The notes: generated by a model not told the origin, from the sequence alone. Counted from the first letter of the stretch, positions 1-9,298 are shown. The stretch: DNA of 64,000 nucleotides from Candidatus Latescibacterota bacterium (GCA_963707635.1 OY970173.1:2560001-2624000); one strand, 5' to 3'. Made by a program: numbers and translations.

Positions 1-1124
1 GACGCCACCACGTCTTCGTCGGGCCTCTCCGCCACCGTGACGTCGAGCTTGCGCTCCACACCCTCCCGGACGACCGTCACCGGCACGGTCTTGCCCACGG
101 GGGTACCGGCGACCATTAGACGGAACTTGCTGTCGTCCATTACCTGCTCGCCGTTGAAGCGCACAATTACGTCGCCGCGCTGAAAACCGGCCTTGGCCGC
201 CGGCGTCTCGGGCTGCACCTGCTGGACCAGGATCCCGTGCTCGACGCTGAGCCCCATGCCCTGGGCCAGCGTCTTGTCCAGTTCCTGGAGCTGGATCCCG
301 AGGTACCCGTAGCGCACCCGGCCGCGCGCGATCAGCTCGCCCATGATGGATTTCGCCATGTTGATCGGAATCGCAAAGCCGATCCCCTGGCCCGACGGAT
401 TGATCGCGGTGTTGATCCCAATCGCTTCGCCCTTCATGTTGACCAGCGGGCCGCCGCTGTTACCGAAGTTGATGGACGCGTCGGTCTGAAGGTAGTTCTG
501 GTACGTCGCATCGCCGCCGATGATGTTGAGGTCGTTGCGCCCCTTCGCGCTCACGATGCCGACGGTGACCGTGCCCTGCAGCTGCCCGAACGGCGTTCCG
601 ATCGCCATCACCCAGTCGCCGACCCGCATCGCGTCCGAGTCGCCCAGCGCCACCTTCGGCAACCCTCGCTTGGCGTCGATCTGAATCACGGCGATGTCGG
701 TGTGTCGGTCGAATCCGACCACCCGCGCGTCGAATTCCTCTTCGCTGTCGTCGCGCTCCATGACCACCGTGATCTTCTCCGCGTCGCGGATGACGTGGTA
801 GTTGGTGAGCACGCGCCCTTCGTCGTCGAAAATGAAGCCCGAGCCGCCGCCGGGCATGCGCCGGCTGTGCTGGCGCTGCGGGTCGTCGGGGAAAAACTCC
901 TTGAAGAACTCGAACGGCGTCTGGCCTTCCTGGTCTCGATCGGTGTCCACCGTGCGCTCCGTGCGGATGAAGACCACCGCCGGACCGACCTTCTCCGCCA
1001 CGTCGGCGAACACGGAGCTACCGTCGGCCCGAATGGGCGCTCCCCGGGCAGCCTCCGGCGGCGCCGCGGCAGCCGATGCCACCATGCAACCGAGCAACAC
1101 ACCAGCAGCAATGAACCTGGCCAT
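1..1124 (-). CDS. degP: DegP/HtrA (Do-family) periplasmic serine protease with PDZ domain; 3' end runs off the window
   Basis: Not in the ORF track because it is open at the edge. Manual minus-strand translation gives a signal peptide (MARFIAAGVLLGCMVASAAA), VLTNYHV (catalytic His) and QTDASINFGNSGGPLVN (catalytic Ser, ~440-490). The start could be an in-frame GTG slightly upstream. Confidence 0.9.
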   Translation of the reverse strand, partial: MARFIAAGVLLGCMVASAAAAPPEAARGAPIRADGSSVFADVAEKVGPAVVFIRTERTVDTDRDQEGQTPFEFFKEFFPDDPQRQHSRRMPGGGSGFIFDDEGRVLTNYHVIRDAEKITVVMERDDSEEEFDARVVGFDRHTDIAVIQIDAKRGLPKVALGDSDAMRVGDWVMAIGTPFGQLQGTVTVGIVSAKGRNDLNIIGGDATYQNYLQTDASINFGNSGGPLVNMKGEAIGINTAINPSGQGIGFAIPINMAKSIMGELIARGRVRYGYLGIQLQELDKTLAQGMGLSVEHGILVQQVQPETPAAKAGFQRGDVIVRFNGEQVMDDSKFRLMVAGTPVGKTVPVTVVREGVERKLDVTVAERPDEDVVA

Positions 1125-1504
1125 TTTCAGGGACGATGTCACCCTTATCACCCTCACGACGACGGCTGAGACCCGCTTCGGCGAGTCGCCGTCAAATTGA
1201 CGCATAATGAGTTCCAACTATCGGCCGGCGCCTTGCGCCGACCGCTGGAAGGGGAGCAGGGGGGCAGTGGAGTTGAGTGCACTCTCGACCAGTGCACCAC
1301 AGAGTGTAGCCCGGAATACCCGGACCGTCAATGCGCCATTCGCCCCCGGCGCGCCCGGCTTGCCAGATACAGGTGGTTGTACGCGGCGGCGAGCTCCGGG
1401 TTCCTCCCCGTAAAGTGCCGGAACCAAATAGCTTGTGCACATTGGTGTTTCCGGGGATACTTGCCCGGACCCGGTCGACCGGCTTTCCGAGGAAGGAGCA
1501 GCTC

Positions 1505-2263
1505 GTGCCCGCCCACACCGCGCCCCTCGTCGTCTCCGCAGGAGACATCCGATTCGTGGCCGACACCCACTTCCGGGATCGCCGAATTCCGGGCGAGGCC
1601 GTGCGGCGAGATCGCTTCATACGATTCCTGGACGCCACCCCGGCGTCCACCGTTCTGTTTCTGCTTGGCGACATCTTCGACTTCTATTTCGAGTACCGCT
1701 CGGTGGTCTCCCGCCGCTATCTGGACGTGTTCGCCGCGCTGGCGCGGTGCCGCGACCGCGGCGTGGAAATCCATTTCCTCGGCGGCAACCACGACCACTG
1801 GGTAGGCAACTTCTTCTCGCGCGACCTGGGGATCGTGGTTCACCGGGAGGAGATCTTCATCCAGGCGCAGGGACGTCGCGTCGTGCTCGCCCACGGCGAC
1901 CTGGTCATGCCGGGCGACTACGGATACAAAGTCCTGAAGAGTGTTATTCGAAATCCGGCCGTGGTCGCCGTGTCGCGCTGGATCCACCCGGATCTGCTCG
2001 ACGCCATCGCGGGTGCGGTAGCGCACGGCAGCCGCGAATACTTCACCGTCCCGCAGGAGCGCCGCGCCCGCGCCGTGCTGGAGCACGCGTGGGGCCACTT
2101 CTACCGCCGCGGCAACGACGCCTTCGTGATGGGGCACGTGCACTATCCGATGCACGAAGCCCGCGAGGGGCGCGAGTTCATGATCGTCGGAGACTGGTTC
2201 GAGTCTTCCACCTTCGGAAGGCTCTCGGGGGGGCGGCTGGGGCTGGAGACGGTCAGAAGCTGA
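1505..2263 (+). CDS. lpxH: UDP-2,3-diacylglucosamine diphosphatase (LpxH-like metallophosphoesterase)
   Basis: Motifs ADTH, LLGDIFDF, GGNHDHW, AHGD, MGHVH. GTG at 1505 follows an AGGAAGGAG RBS (ORF track starts at 1331). Confidence 0.85.
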   Translation: MPAHTAPLVVSAGDIRFVADTHFRDRRIPGEAVRRDRFIRFLDATPASTVLFLLGDIFDFYFEYRSVVSRRYLDVFAALARCRDRGVEIHFLGGNHDHWVGNFFSRDLGIVVHREEIFIQAQGRRVVLAHGDLVMPGDYGYKVLKSVIRNPAVVAVSRWIHPDLLDAIAGAVAHGSREYFTVPQERRARAVLEHAWGHFYRRGNDAFVMGHVHYPMHEAREGREFMIVGDWFESSTFGRLSGGRLGLETVRS

Positions 2264-3164
2264 AGCCGAGACCAAAGCGGTGGCTGTCGCCGAGGTCGTT
2301 GGAAACGGGAAGGAACGCGTAGTCGAACTGGACACCGCTGTAGGTCACGCCGAAGCCGAAGGTGGCGCCCTGCGAATCAAAGCCCGCCTTGTACCCGGCC
2401 CGCAGCGCCAGCATGCGCCGATACGAGTACTCCGCGCCGATCTGCTCGCGAACGTCGTCGTCATTGGGAAACACACCGTCGAGGGCGAACAGGAGCCGGC
2501 CGTCGAGAGCGACGACTTCGCGCTCGTAGCTCGCCCCGACCTTGAGGTAGCGCGGGAGGGCGTACTCCTCGCTGTCGAATTTCATCGGCGTGCCCAGGTT
2601 GCCCGCCACGGCCGCCAGCTTCACCCCGCGGATCTTCGAGACGTGGTAGAGGCCCACGTCCACCGCGATTCCACTGGCGGTGAGCTCGTCGATGCGCTGG
2701 TAGACCGGCTTGACCGCCAGTCCCACCGCGAGGTTGGGCACCAGGTAGCGGGCGTAGGCGATCGACACCGCCACGTCGTAGGTACCGAACTCGCCGAGCG
2801 GCTGCACCGACCCAAACTCGTCGCGCCGCTCCATGTCGTCCATGTAGAGGCCGGTGAACGAGAACCCGAACGTCCCCCAGTCGGTCTCGTGCGTCACCGC
2901 CGCCTGCTCGACCCGCATCGATAGAAAGTACTCGGTGTGTGCCAGCGTCAGATCGGTCCCCAGCACGGCCGCCATCGCGGCCGGATTCCAGTACACCGTC
3001 GACGCGTCTTCGGCGACGGCCACGTAGGCCTCCCCCATCGCGGACGCGCGCGCCCCCATGCCGATGCGCAGGAAGAGCGCCCCGGCCGAACCGGGATCGC
3101 CCGCGTGGGCGACGGCAGGCGCCAGCAGGGCCAGTACACCGATGATCACTCGCTGCCAGCGCAT
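2253..3164 (-). CDS. PorV/PorQ-family (FadL-like) outer-membrane beta-barrel
   Basis: FLRIGMGARASAMGEAYVAVAEDASTVYWNPAA N-terminal signature, signal peptide, C-terminal HRFGLGFSF. AGGAG RBS before ATG 3164. Confidence 0.85.
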   Translation of the reverse strand: MRWQRVIIGVLALLAPAVAHAGDPGSAGALFLRIGMGARASAMGEAYVAVAEDASTVYWNPAAMAAVLGTDLTLAHTEYFLSMRVEQAAVTHETDWGTFGFSFTGLYMDDMERRDEFGSVQPLGEFGTYDVAVSIAYARYLVPNLAVGLAVKPVYQRIDELTASGIAVDVGLYHVSKIRGVKLAAVAGNLGTPMKFDSEEYALPRYLKVGASYEREVVALDGRLLFALDGVFPNDDDVREQIGAEYSYRRMLALRAGYKAGFDSQGATFGFGVTYSGVQFDYAFLPVSNDLGDSHRFGLGFSF

Positions 3165-3189
3165 GGTGGAAACTCCTTGTCGCACGGTG

Positions 3190-6100
3190 CTACCGCCTGA
3201 TCGCGAACGGCTTGACGACCGAGCCGCTCCCGCTGTCCGATTCGATGCGAATCCGCAGAATATACACGCCGCTCTTGAGCGTGTGGACGTCGATGGCTTC
3301 GTCCAGCGGCATGTTCACGACGCCGTTCGGGTTGACGTCGAACGACTCCGACACCGCCTCCTGCCCCTCGATCGTGTACACGGAGACGACCGCGGTCGCC
3401 CTGGCGTTGGTCGTGATCCGCGCGTGGACGACGTCGCCGGTGACGGGGTTCGGATATATGATAAACGATTCCGGGTCGAACGTGCTCGACGCGGGTGCAA
3501 CCGCGGACGCGAGTGTCACGCGCCCGCTCCGCGTGAGATCCGCGCGCGCCATGGTCCAGTACTCCACCTGCGGAGCGCCGGCAACCGACTGGATCGACAG
3601 CGCGGTCTCCGGGCTCACGTCGAGCGTGTCCGTCACCACGTCGATGCCGCGCAGGCGGCCGGGGGACCCGAGCACGACCAGGCGCCGCGCTCCGGCGGAC
3701 GTCTCCGCCAGCGTGGGAGCGCCGCCCGCTTCCGCAGGACCCACGCGGGGGAATCCGGCGATGGCGCCGCCGGCGGCGCCGAACGCCGCCAGAGTTCCAT
3801 CGTCGAGCGGAAACAGAACGTCCGCCACCCCGTCTCCGTCGATGTCCGTCACCAGCGGGCTCTCGTTCGAACGCGCCGACGCGAGCGGGGGTTGGTCGCC
3901 CGCCGATTCCGGCCGGATGACCCGCGGCCACTCGATCACGGGCCGCACGTTCGCCTTGAGAAGATACAGGTACTGGTCGTCCCAGATGGCGATCTCCAGC
4001 GTGCCGTCACCGTCGACGTCGCCGAGCGCGGGAGCCGACGGGTGCGGCGCGCGCAGGCGCCCGTCCGCGCGCGTGACGGGTCCCGAGAACGCGGAGGAAA
4101 ACTCGAACGCGAGCACGCCGCCGTCGGGCAGCGCGACGACGATCTCGTCGTCATCGTCGCCGTCCATGTCGCCGACCGCCGGCGCCGTCGGCACGAAGCT
4201 CGCCGGGTCGTAGCCGGCGGGAACGACGATGTCCTCTTCCCACGCGCGCGGTGCCCCCGGCGCGGCGCCGGAGACCGAGAACGGAACCCACGCCACGCGA
4301 ACCCGGGCGGCCAGGGTGTCGACGCACGCGAGCACGACCCCGCGCGTATGCGCCGCACCGTCGCTCACCTCGGCGATCGCCAGCGGAGCCGCGATCGCGC
4401 CCGCCGTCGAATACGGCCACATGCCCGCGACCGACGGCGTCGCCGGATTCACCACGGCGCCGCTCGCGTCCACGAAGCGCACCCGGAGGTTCGTCCCGTC
4501 GTGCTCCACGATCGCCACTTCGGGGGCACCCCCGTTTACATCGACCAGAATCGGCGGCGCCGCCATCGGCAATCCATGGAACAGAATGCCGGTGGTCGCC
4601 GGGTTCGCGTCGCCGTCGACGAGCTCGCTGCCGTTCGACTTCCACGCAAAGACGTCGCCGCCGGATCCCGACGCCACCAATTCGACGCCCGCGGCTCCGT
4701 CCAGGTCGGCGAAGGCGGGGGCACCCGCCCACGAAACGCCCGGCACCGCGATGAACGGCGCGATCGTGGCGGGGTTGCTGTCGGGGTCGTTCCACTCCAC
4801 ACCGCCGGGCGTGAACACATAGACACCCGCGTCGTCGGAGAGGGCGACGATCTCGGCGGTGCCGGATGCGTCGAGGTCCACCACCGTGGGCGGCTGCGCG
4901 GGCGACGACGCGCCCCAGCGCGCGCGCGCCTCCTGGTAGGCCACGTCGCGCCGGACCACGACGGTCATCGCCGGCCCCGGTGCGGAGAGGGTTTCGATCA
5001 CGATGCCCGTCGCCGCGCCCGAATTCGACCGCGAGGACGGTTTCGTGTCGGGGCCGAAGAGCGTGCGAGCATCATTCGCGGCGCGATACGAATCGAAGAA
5101 ACTGCCCAGCGCGAACAACGCGGGCCCGCCCCGGTCGAGATCCTGCACGCCGTCCGCTTCCTCCAGGTCGACTCCTTTGCGGGCGACGTAGTCGTCCGGG
5201 AGATACCCCTGACCGACGGCGTCGCGAACGACCGCCTCGTCGATGTGCCAGATGTAAATGCCGCTTCCCGTCTGGCGACGGGTCACCTTGAATCCGTAGT
5301 CCGGATCGTACCGTTCCGATGCGGGGTTGGTGAGATCGGTGAGAAAGAAATCGAACTCAGCGCCTTCCAGCGACTCGTCGTTGGCCGGAATGAGGTTGCT
5401 GTCCGCGTCGCCGAACGTGAACAGGCTGTCGAAATTCGCGTCGTGGACGCGATTGGCCACGAGGTAATACTCGTTCTCCGTGATCGGCACGCGGAGACAG
5501 ACGGTGTCCGCGGGACCGCCGGTATTGATGTCGGCGAGCGAGATCGTCGCGGGAGCGGCGCTCGCATCGACGAGGACGGGATCGATCCACCCCGCGATGA
5601 GCCGGTTGAACTCGCACGGGAACGCGGGCACGAACCCGTTGACGTTGAACAGCCCGTACGCCATCAGGCAGAAGCTCCCGACTCCCTGGGAATCCGCCGC
5701 GCCGGCGGGAGTGGAATCGAACATCGGGAGCAGGCCGATCCGATTCCCCAGCTCGAACGCCCACACGCCGAGGGTGCCGACGGTGTAGTAGTCCTGGGAT
5801 GCATCCGAGGGCACGACGGAGAAATTGTCGACGAAGAAGGGGGATCCGCCGGCCACGTCGTTAGTCGCGAGCCCGGGGTCGCCCGGGTCGTCCAGCGCCG
5901 ACTGGATGTCCGACTGATCGTAGAAACTCGACCAGATCTGATTGGGCGAGTCGCCGGCGATGTCGGTCTCCTGCCCGGCGCCGGCGTGGATGATGAAGAC
6001 GTGATCGTACGCGGCGAAGTCGACGGAGTCATCCGCGAGGTCGATGACCTCCTGCGCAAGCTCGACGACGCGATCATCTTCGGTTGCGTCCGCACCGTAG

Positions 6101-6549
6101 TAGGACATGCGATGCGGCAACGAATAGAGCGTGTCGGGGAGCGTCCAGCGAACGGTCAGGCGACCGCGCGACGCGCCCCGGTAGTACTGCTCGAGGTGCT
6201 GCAACTCGTTTCCGAACCACGTGGAGTCGCGGGGTGTCCGCGTGCTGCCCGGCTGCCCACCCATCAACGTGTCGACAAACTGCACCTGAAAGGCGATCAG
6301 GCGTACCGTGTCGAGCGAGGCGACCGCACCGGCGCTGAAGCGGCTCACCCGGTCGCGCTGGTAGCGGTTGAGGCCGCTGGACGCCGGCGGGGACAGGGCC
6401 GAAACCGAAGCCTGACCCTTGTCCCCCGGGACCCGGTACGCCGGGGCCCGCCTGCCTGCCTGCGCGCTCGAGGCGCACACGAGCCACGCGAGAGCGAGGA
6501 GCGTCGGGAACGCGAACCCGCGAGACGAACGACGGATGCTTAGCTTCAA
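3190..6549 (-). CDS. Secreted M6 (immune inhibitor A)-like domain + FG-GAP beta-propeller + T9SS-type CTD; zinc-binding motif degenerate
   Basis: IIHAGAGQE, FCLMAYG, EYYLVANR and SGIYIWHIDE are M6-family motifs; DxDGDG repeats; IYPNPV...SGVYILRI CTD. FELGN stands where HExxH is expected. Confidence 0.8.
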   Translation of the reverse strand: MKLSIRRSSRGFAFPTLLALAWLVCASSAQAGRRAPAYRVPGDKGQASVSALSPPASSGLNRYQRDRVSRFSAGAVASLDTVRLIAFQVQFVDTLMGGQPGSTRTPRDSTWFGNELQHLEQYYRGASRGRLTVRWTLPDTLYSLPHRMSYYGADATEDDRVVELAQEVIDLADDSVDFAAYDHVFIIHAGAGQETDIAGDSPNQIWSSFYDQSDIQSALDDPGDPGLATNDVAGGSPFFVDNFSVVPSDASQDYYTVGTLGVWAFELGNRIGLLPMFDSTPAGAADSQGVGSFCLMAYGLFNVNGFVPAFPCEFNRLIAGWIDPVLVDASAAPATISLADINTGGPADTVCLRVPITENEYYLVANRVHDANFDSLFTFGDADSNLIPANDESLEGAEFDFFLTDLTNPASERYDPDYGFKVTRRQTGSGIYIWHIDEAVVRDAVGQGYLPDDYVARKGVDLEEADGVQDLDRGGPALFALGSFFDSYRAANDARTLFGPDTKPSSRSNSGAATGIVIETLSAPGPAMTVVVRRDVAYQEARARWGASSPAQPPTVVDLDASGTAEIVALSDDAGVYVFTPGGVEWNDPDSNPATIAPFIAVPGVSWAGAPAFADLDGAAGVELVASGSGGDVFAWKSNGSELVDGDANPATTGILFHGLPMAAPPILVDVNGGAPEVAIVEHDGTNLRVRFVDASGAVVNPATPSVAGMWPYSTAGAIAAPLAIAEVSDGAAHTRGVVLACVDTLAARVRVAWVPFSVSGAAPGAPRAWEEDIVVPAGYDPASFVPTAPAVGDMDGDDDDEIVVALPDGGVLAFEFSSAFSGPVTRADGRLRAPHPSAPALGDVDGDGTLEIAIWDDQYLYLLKANVRPVIEWPRVIRPESAGDQPPLASARSNESPLVTDIDGDGVADVLFPLDDGTLAAFGAAGGAIAGFPRVGPAEAGGAPTLAETSAGARRLVVLGSPGRLRGIDVVTDTLDVSPETALSIQSVAGAPQVEYWTMARADLTRSGRVTLASAVAPASSTFDPESFIIYPNPVTGDVVHARITTNARATAVVSVYTIEGQEAVSESFDVNPNGVVNMPLDEAIDVHTLKSGVYILRIRIESDSGSGSVVKPFAIRR

Positions 6550-6629
6550 CGTGGTAGACTTCTGTGGAGAGGTATCGCAGTCGGGAATTCGAAAAACACG
6601 TCCGCGGCCCTGGAGCTGGGCCGGGAAAC

Positions 6630-6779
6630 GGCTCTGAATCTAGCGGACGTGGGTCTGGTTTTCAACGGTAAAGGGGGAGTTGTCGCCCGTAATTCGCCGC
6701 CCCTGATCGACGCTTACTCCGGCGCAACTCCCCCTTACCTGGTCGGCTTGCCTAACCAGCCTACTCGACGCTACCAGCC
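6630..6779. ncRNA. Long rod-like intergenic RNA structure (candidate ncRNA or leader)
   Basis: Nested complementary arms: 6667-6687/6721-6739, 6649-6660/6754-6764, 6641-6645/6769-6773, 6630-6633/6776-6779. Confidence 0.45.
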
Positions 6780-6797
6780 AACCAACAAAACGGTTGC

Positions 6798-7883
6798 CTA
6801 CTGGGCCTGACGGACTTTCTTCCTGGCTCCCTTCTCATTCGAGCCTTTTTCAAGCGAGCCTTTTTCAAGCGAGCCCTTCTCGGGCGAGCCTGACTTCTCT
6901 CCACCGGCCTGTGCGATCTTCTCGCTCCGTAGCGGCGACACCGCGTGCGATCGCGAATGTTCGATGGGAGCGCGCGACATAGCACCCGTCGCGCGTGTGT
7001 CCTTCGCGCGCAGGCCGCTCTCCGACGCTCGCGTGCGACTGGTCGAAACGACGCGCACGGGAGTGACGGTGTGTGATTCTCTCGATTCCTTGAACGTCGT
7101 CCGCCTGGCGACCATCGGCTCGGCGGCGCGCCCGGGCTGGACGCGGCCCGTCAGATGCGCACCCGCCGCGTACTCGCGCTTGAACTTCGCCGGCCGAATC
7201 GCCTCGTACGGAGCAGCAGCGTGCGCGCGATACGACGCGTACACGTCGTCGCACAGCCGGCAGCCTCCGCCGACGCGCACGTGGAAGCCGGGGCCTCCGA
7301 CGCACAGGTACGAGGGGTAGCGGACCCACTCGCGAACATAGAACCTCGCGTAGCCCACGCCCACGCAGTCCCACCGGCACGAAGCGGGCAGCAACGAGAC
7401 GTAGAAGTCGCGGCACGCGACGAACGGGTCCCCGGTGATTCGATATCCGAATCCGCCCAGGAAGACGCTCTCGCCGTAGGGTGAGTAGTCGAACGGCACC
7501 GGGCTTCCGACGCCGAACACGTAGGCGATCCCGCAGCCGTCGAGACGATCGAGACCGAGGTCGCAGGCGCGGTAGCAATAGGTGGCGCCGCCCCGCACCC
7601 AGCCGTCGTCGCAGGCAGCGCTCGGATTGAGCACGTGGATGAATCCGGCGGTGTCGACGAGCCACAGCGACGTGTAGCAGTCGCGTTCCGCGCGCAGCCA
7701 CACCGTGACATCGCCGTAATCGTTGAACACGTCGCCGCCCTCGACCCACACGTTCACACCCGCGTAGCCGGACACCGTGAACGGGGTTCCGTGCCTGGCC
7801 TCTCCGGCCGGCGCGAACCAAAGGACCACCGCCACCGTGAGCGCGGCGCATGCCAGTGTCTTATGCAGAGTCGTGTGTTTCAC
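6798..7883 (-). CDS. Secreted Cys-rich protein (DUF4384-like N-terminal domain) with basic low-complexity tail
   Basis: Signal peptide; V.VW.EGGDVF...V.VWLRAERDCY...VDTAGFIHVL pattern; GTG start overlaps the upstream TGA; AGGAGG RBS. Confidence 0.7.
   Translation of the reverse strand: MKHTTLHKTLACAALTVAVVLWFAPAGEARHGTPFTVSGYAGVNVWVEGGDVFNDYGDVTVWLRAERDCYTSLWLVDTAGFIHVLNPSAACDDGWVRGGATYCYRACDLGLDRLDGCGIAYVFGVGSPVPFDYSPYGESVFLGGFGYRITGDPFVACRDFYVSLLPASCRWDCVGVGYARFYVREWVRYPSYLCVGGPGFHVRVGGGCRLCDDVYASYRAHAAAPYEAIRPAKFKREYAAGAHLTGRVQPGRAAEPMVARRTTFKESRESHTVTPVRVVSTSRTRASESGLRAKDTRATGAMSRAPIEHSRSHAVSPLRSEKIAQAGGEKSGSPEKGSLEKGSLEKGSNEKGARKKVRQAQ
6841..6900 (-). repeat. 15-bp coding tandem repeat (EKGSL units)
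   Basis: gagcctttttcaagc twice exactly (6841-6870), then two degenerate copies. Confidence 0.8.
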
Positions 7884-8725
7884 TGCAGAGTACCTCCTAC
7901 CGGGAGCAGCTCGGGGTTGTTCGGCACCGCCTGGTACGCCCAGTCGAGCGTGACCGTGTTGGCGCCAAAGTTCCGCACAAAGAATTTCGCCCAGTTGGAT
8001 TCACCCTGGCCGTTGACAATACGAACGATGTAGCTGTGATCGACGATGGCCTCCACCGATCCCGAAGGCGCCCAGCCCGTGTCCGGCGCCCAGTCCACGC
8101 TCACGAGGTCGATCACGCCGTAATCCTGGATATCTACTCCGGCCCGCGCGCGGCGTATGTAATTCACTCCGCCCGTGGACTCGAAGTAGATATCCGTGGT
8201 GCTTACATTCCACGCCTGTGATTGGCCCGACAGACTCGAGAAGTCGTAGCCGGCGTGTAACGCGTCTTGCCCCAGTCCGAACAGCACCAAATTGAAACCT
8301 TCCGGCCGCGGAGTGTCGAATACCAGCTCCGGGCTCAGTTCGCTCTCGTTGCCCGCCCGATCGTAGGCGGTAACGGCGTAGAACCATGTCTCGCCGTTGA
8401 CGACGTCCGTGTCGTCGAATGAAGTCTGATTGGAGGGAACGTCTTCGAGGAGGAAGTACGGACCCGGCTCGGTGGTCGAGCGGTACACGCCGTACCCCGC
8501 CAGGTCCGTCTCCAGATTCGCGTTCCAGAAAATACTGACGACGCCGTCACCGGTGACGCTGAAGACCCCGTCGGGTGGAAATGGAGGAGTGTCCACCACC
8601 GCGACGGGGCCTTCATCTTCACATCCAGCAACGAAGGGAAGAGTCAGCGCAGCGACCGCGGCGACGGCACCCGACAGCCTGGCGACGCGATCGATTGGGT
8701 TTCTTGTGCGCAGGTGAAGCGTCAT
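7880..8725 (-). CDS. Lipoprotein with fibronectin type III domain
   Basis: Lipobox VAGC; W.AN.E.DLAGY.VYRS...FYAVTAYDRAGNES FN3 motif. Confidence 0.85.
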   Translation of the reverse strand: MTLHLRTRNPIDRVARLSGAVAAVAALTLPFVAGCEDEGPVAVVDTPPFPPDGVFSVTGDGVVSIFWNANLETDLAGYGVYRSTTEPGPYFLLEDVPSNQTSFDDTDVVNGETWFYAVTAYDRAGNESELSPELVFDTPRPEGFNLVLFGLGQDALHAGYDFSSLSGQSQAWNVSTTDIYFESTGGVNYIRRARAGVDIQDYGVIDLVSVDWAPDTGWAPSGSVEAIVDHSYIVRIVNGQGESNWAKFFVRNFGANTVTLDWAYQAVPNNPELLPVGGTLQ

Positions 8726-8742
8726 GTCGAGGATTCCCTAGC

Positions 8743-8757
8743 GCAAGCCACGTGCCA
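8743..8757 (-). promoter_or_regulatory. Sigma-54 (-24/-12) promoter of the lipoprotein/DUF4384-like operon
   Basis: Minus strand reads TGGCAC-GTGGC-TTGC, an exact TGGCAC-N5-TTGC match; predicted TSS ~8731. Confidence 0.8.
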
Positions 8758-9000
8758 CGACGCCGCTCACGCCCGCAGCTGGCCGGGAGCCCCTCCATAA
8801 CCGCCAACCATTGAATCGGTTGTGTCACACAAACGGACGTGCCCCAGCGCCGGACGGGGCGGTTTTCACGCCCCGGGGGCCGAAGAATCCGTTGTGCCTG
8901 GATTACACCAGTGACGCCAAAAAAGGACACTCACACGCGGGGGAATCGGGTCGGGGGGAGGTGGGTTGGGTGGCGGCGGACGTCCGGCCGGGGTGACTCA

Positions 9001-9271
9001 CAAAAACACCGACGCCCCGATCCGTTCCTGTTGTTAACGTCGAGACCCCACCTCTCGAAATCAACTTACAACGCAAAGCCAGCAGCTTGCTCGGAACGTA
9101 TTCAGGGCGTCGGTTAGAGTTCGTCGCCGTGAGGCTTCGAATCTGCTTCGGTCGAGAGAGACTCCTTCGGTTTCTGTACCCTCTAGTTCAGGATTCTTGG
9201 GGAACTTGCGTTCCCCAAGAATCCATCCCCACCAGATTGGAAGTTCATTTACGCACGGGATGACTTCCGGG
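9001..9271 (-). ncRNA. Candidate sigma-54-dependent structured small RNA (~270 nt)
   Basis: Starts ~12 nt after a consensus -24/-12 promoter; contiguous hairpins including a perfect 15-bp stem with GCAA tetraloop; ends in a 13-bp long-range stem followed by GUUUUUG. Confidence 0.75.
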
Positions 9272-9282
9272 GATGTACCAAG

Positions 9283-9298
9283 GCAACGGCTGTGCCAA
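9283..9298 (-). promoter_or_regulatory. Sigma-54 (-24/-12) promoter of the candidate sRNA
   Basis: Minus strand reads TTGGCAC-AGCCG-TTGC, exact consensus, directly downstream of a sigma-54 activator gene. Confidence 0.85.

Noticed and set aside
1277..1310. Repeated AGTGCAC / GAGTGCACTC in the degP-lpxH divergent gap
   Set aside because: Short, few copies, and no regulator can be assigned.
3058..6543. Very long opposite-strand ORFs (also 237-1169, 9523-11211, 30245-33262, 33299-36349, 61424-63493)
   Set aside because: Antisense shadows of real genes, expected in high-GC DNA; Arg/Val-rich with no motifs.
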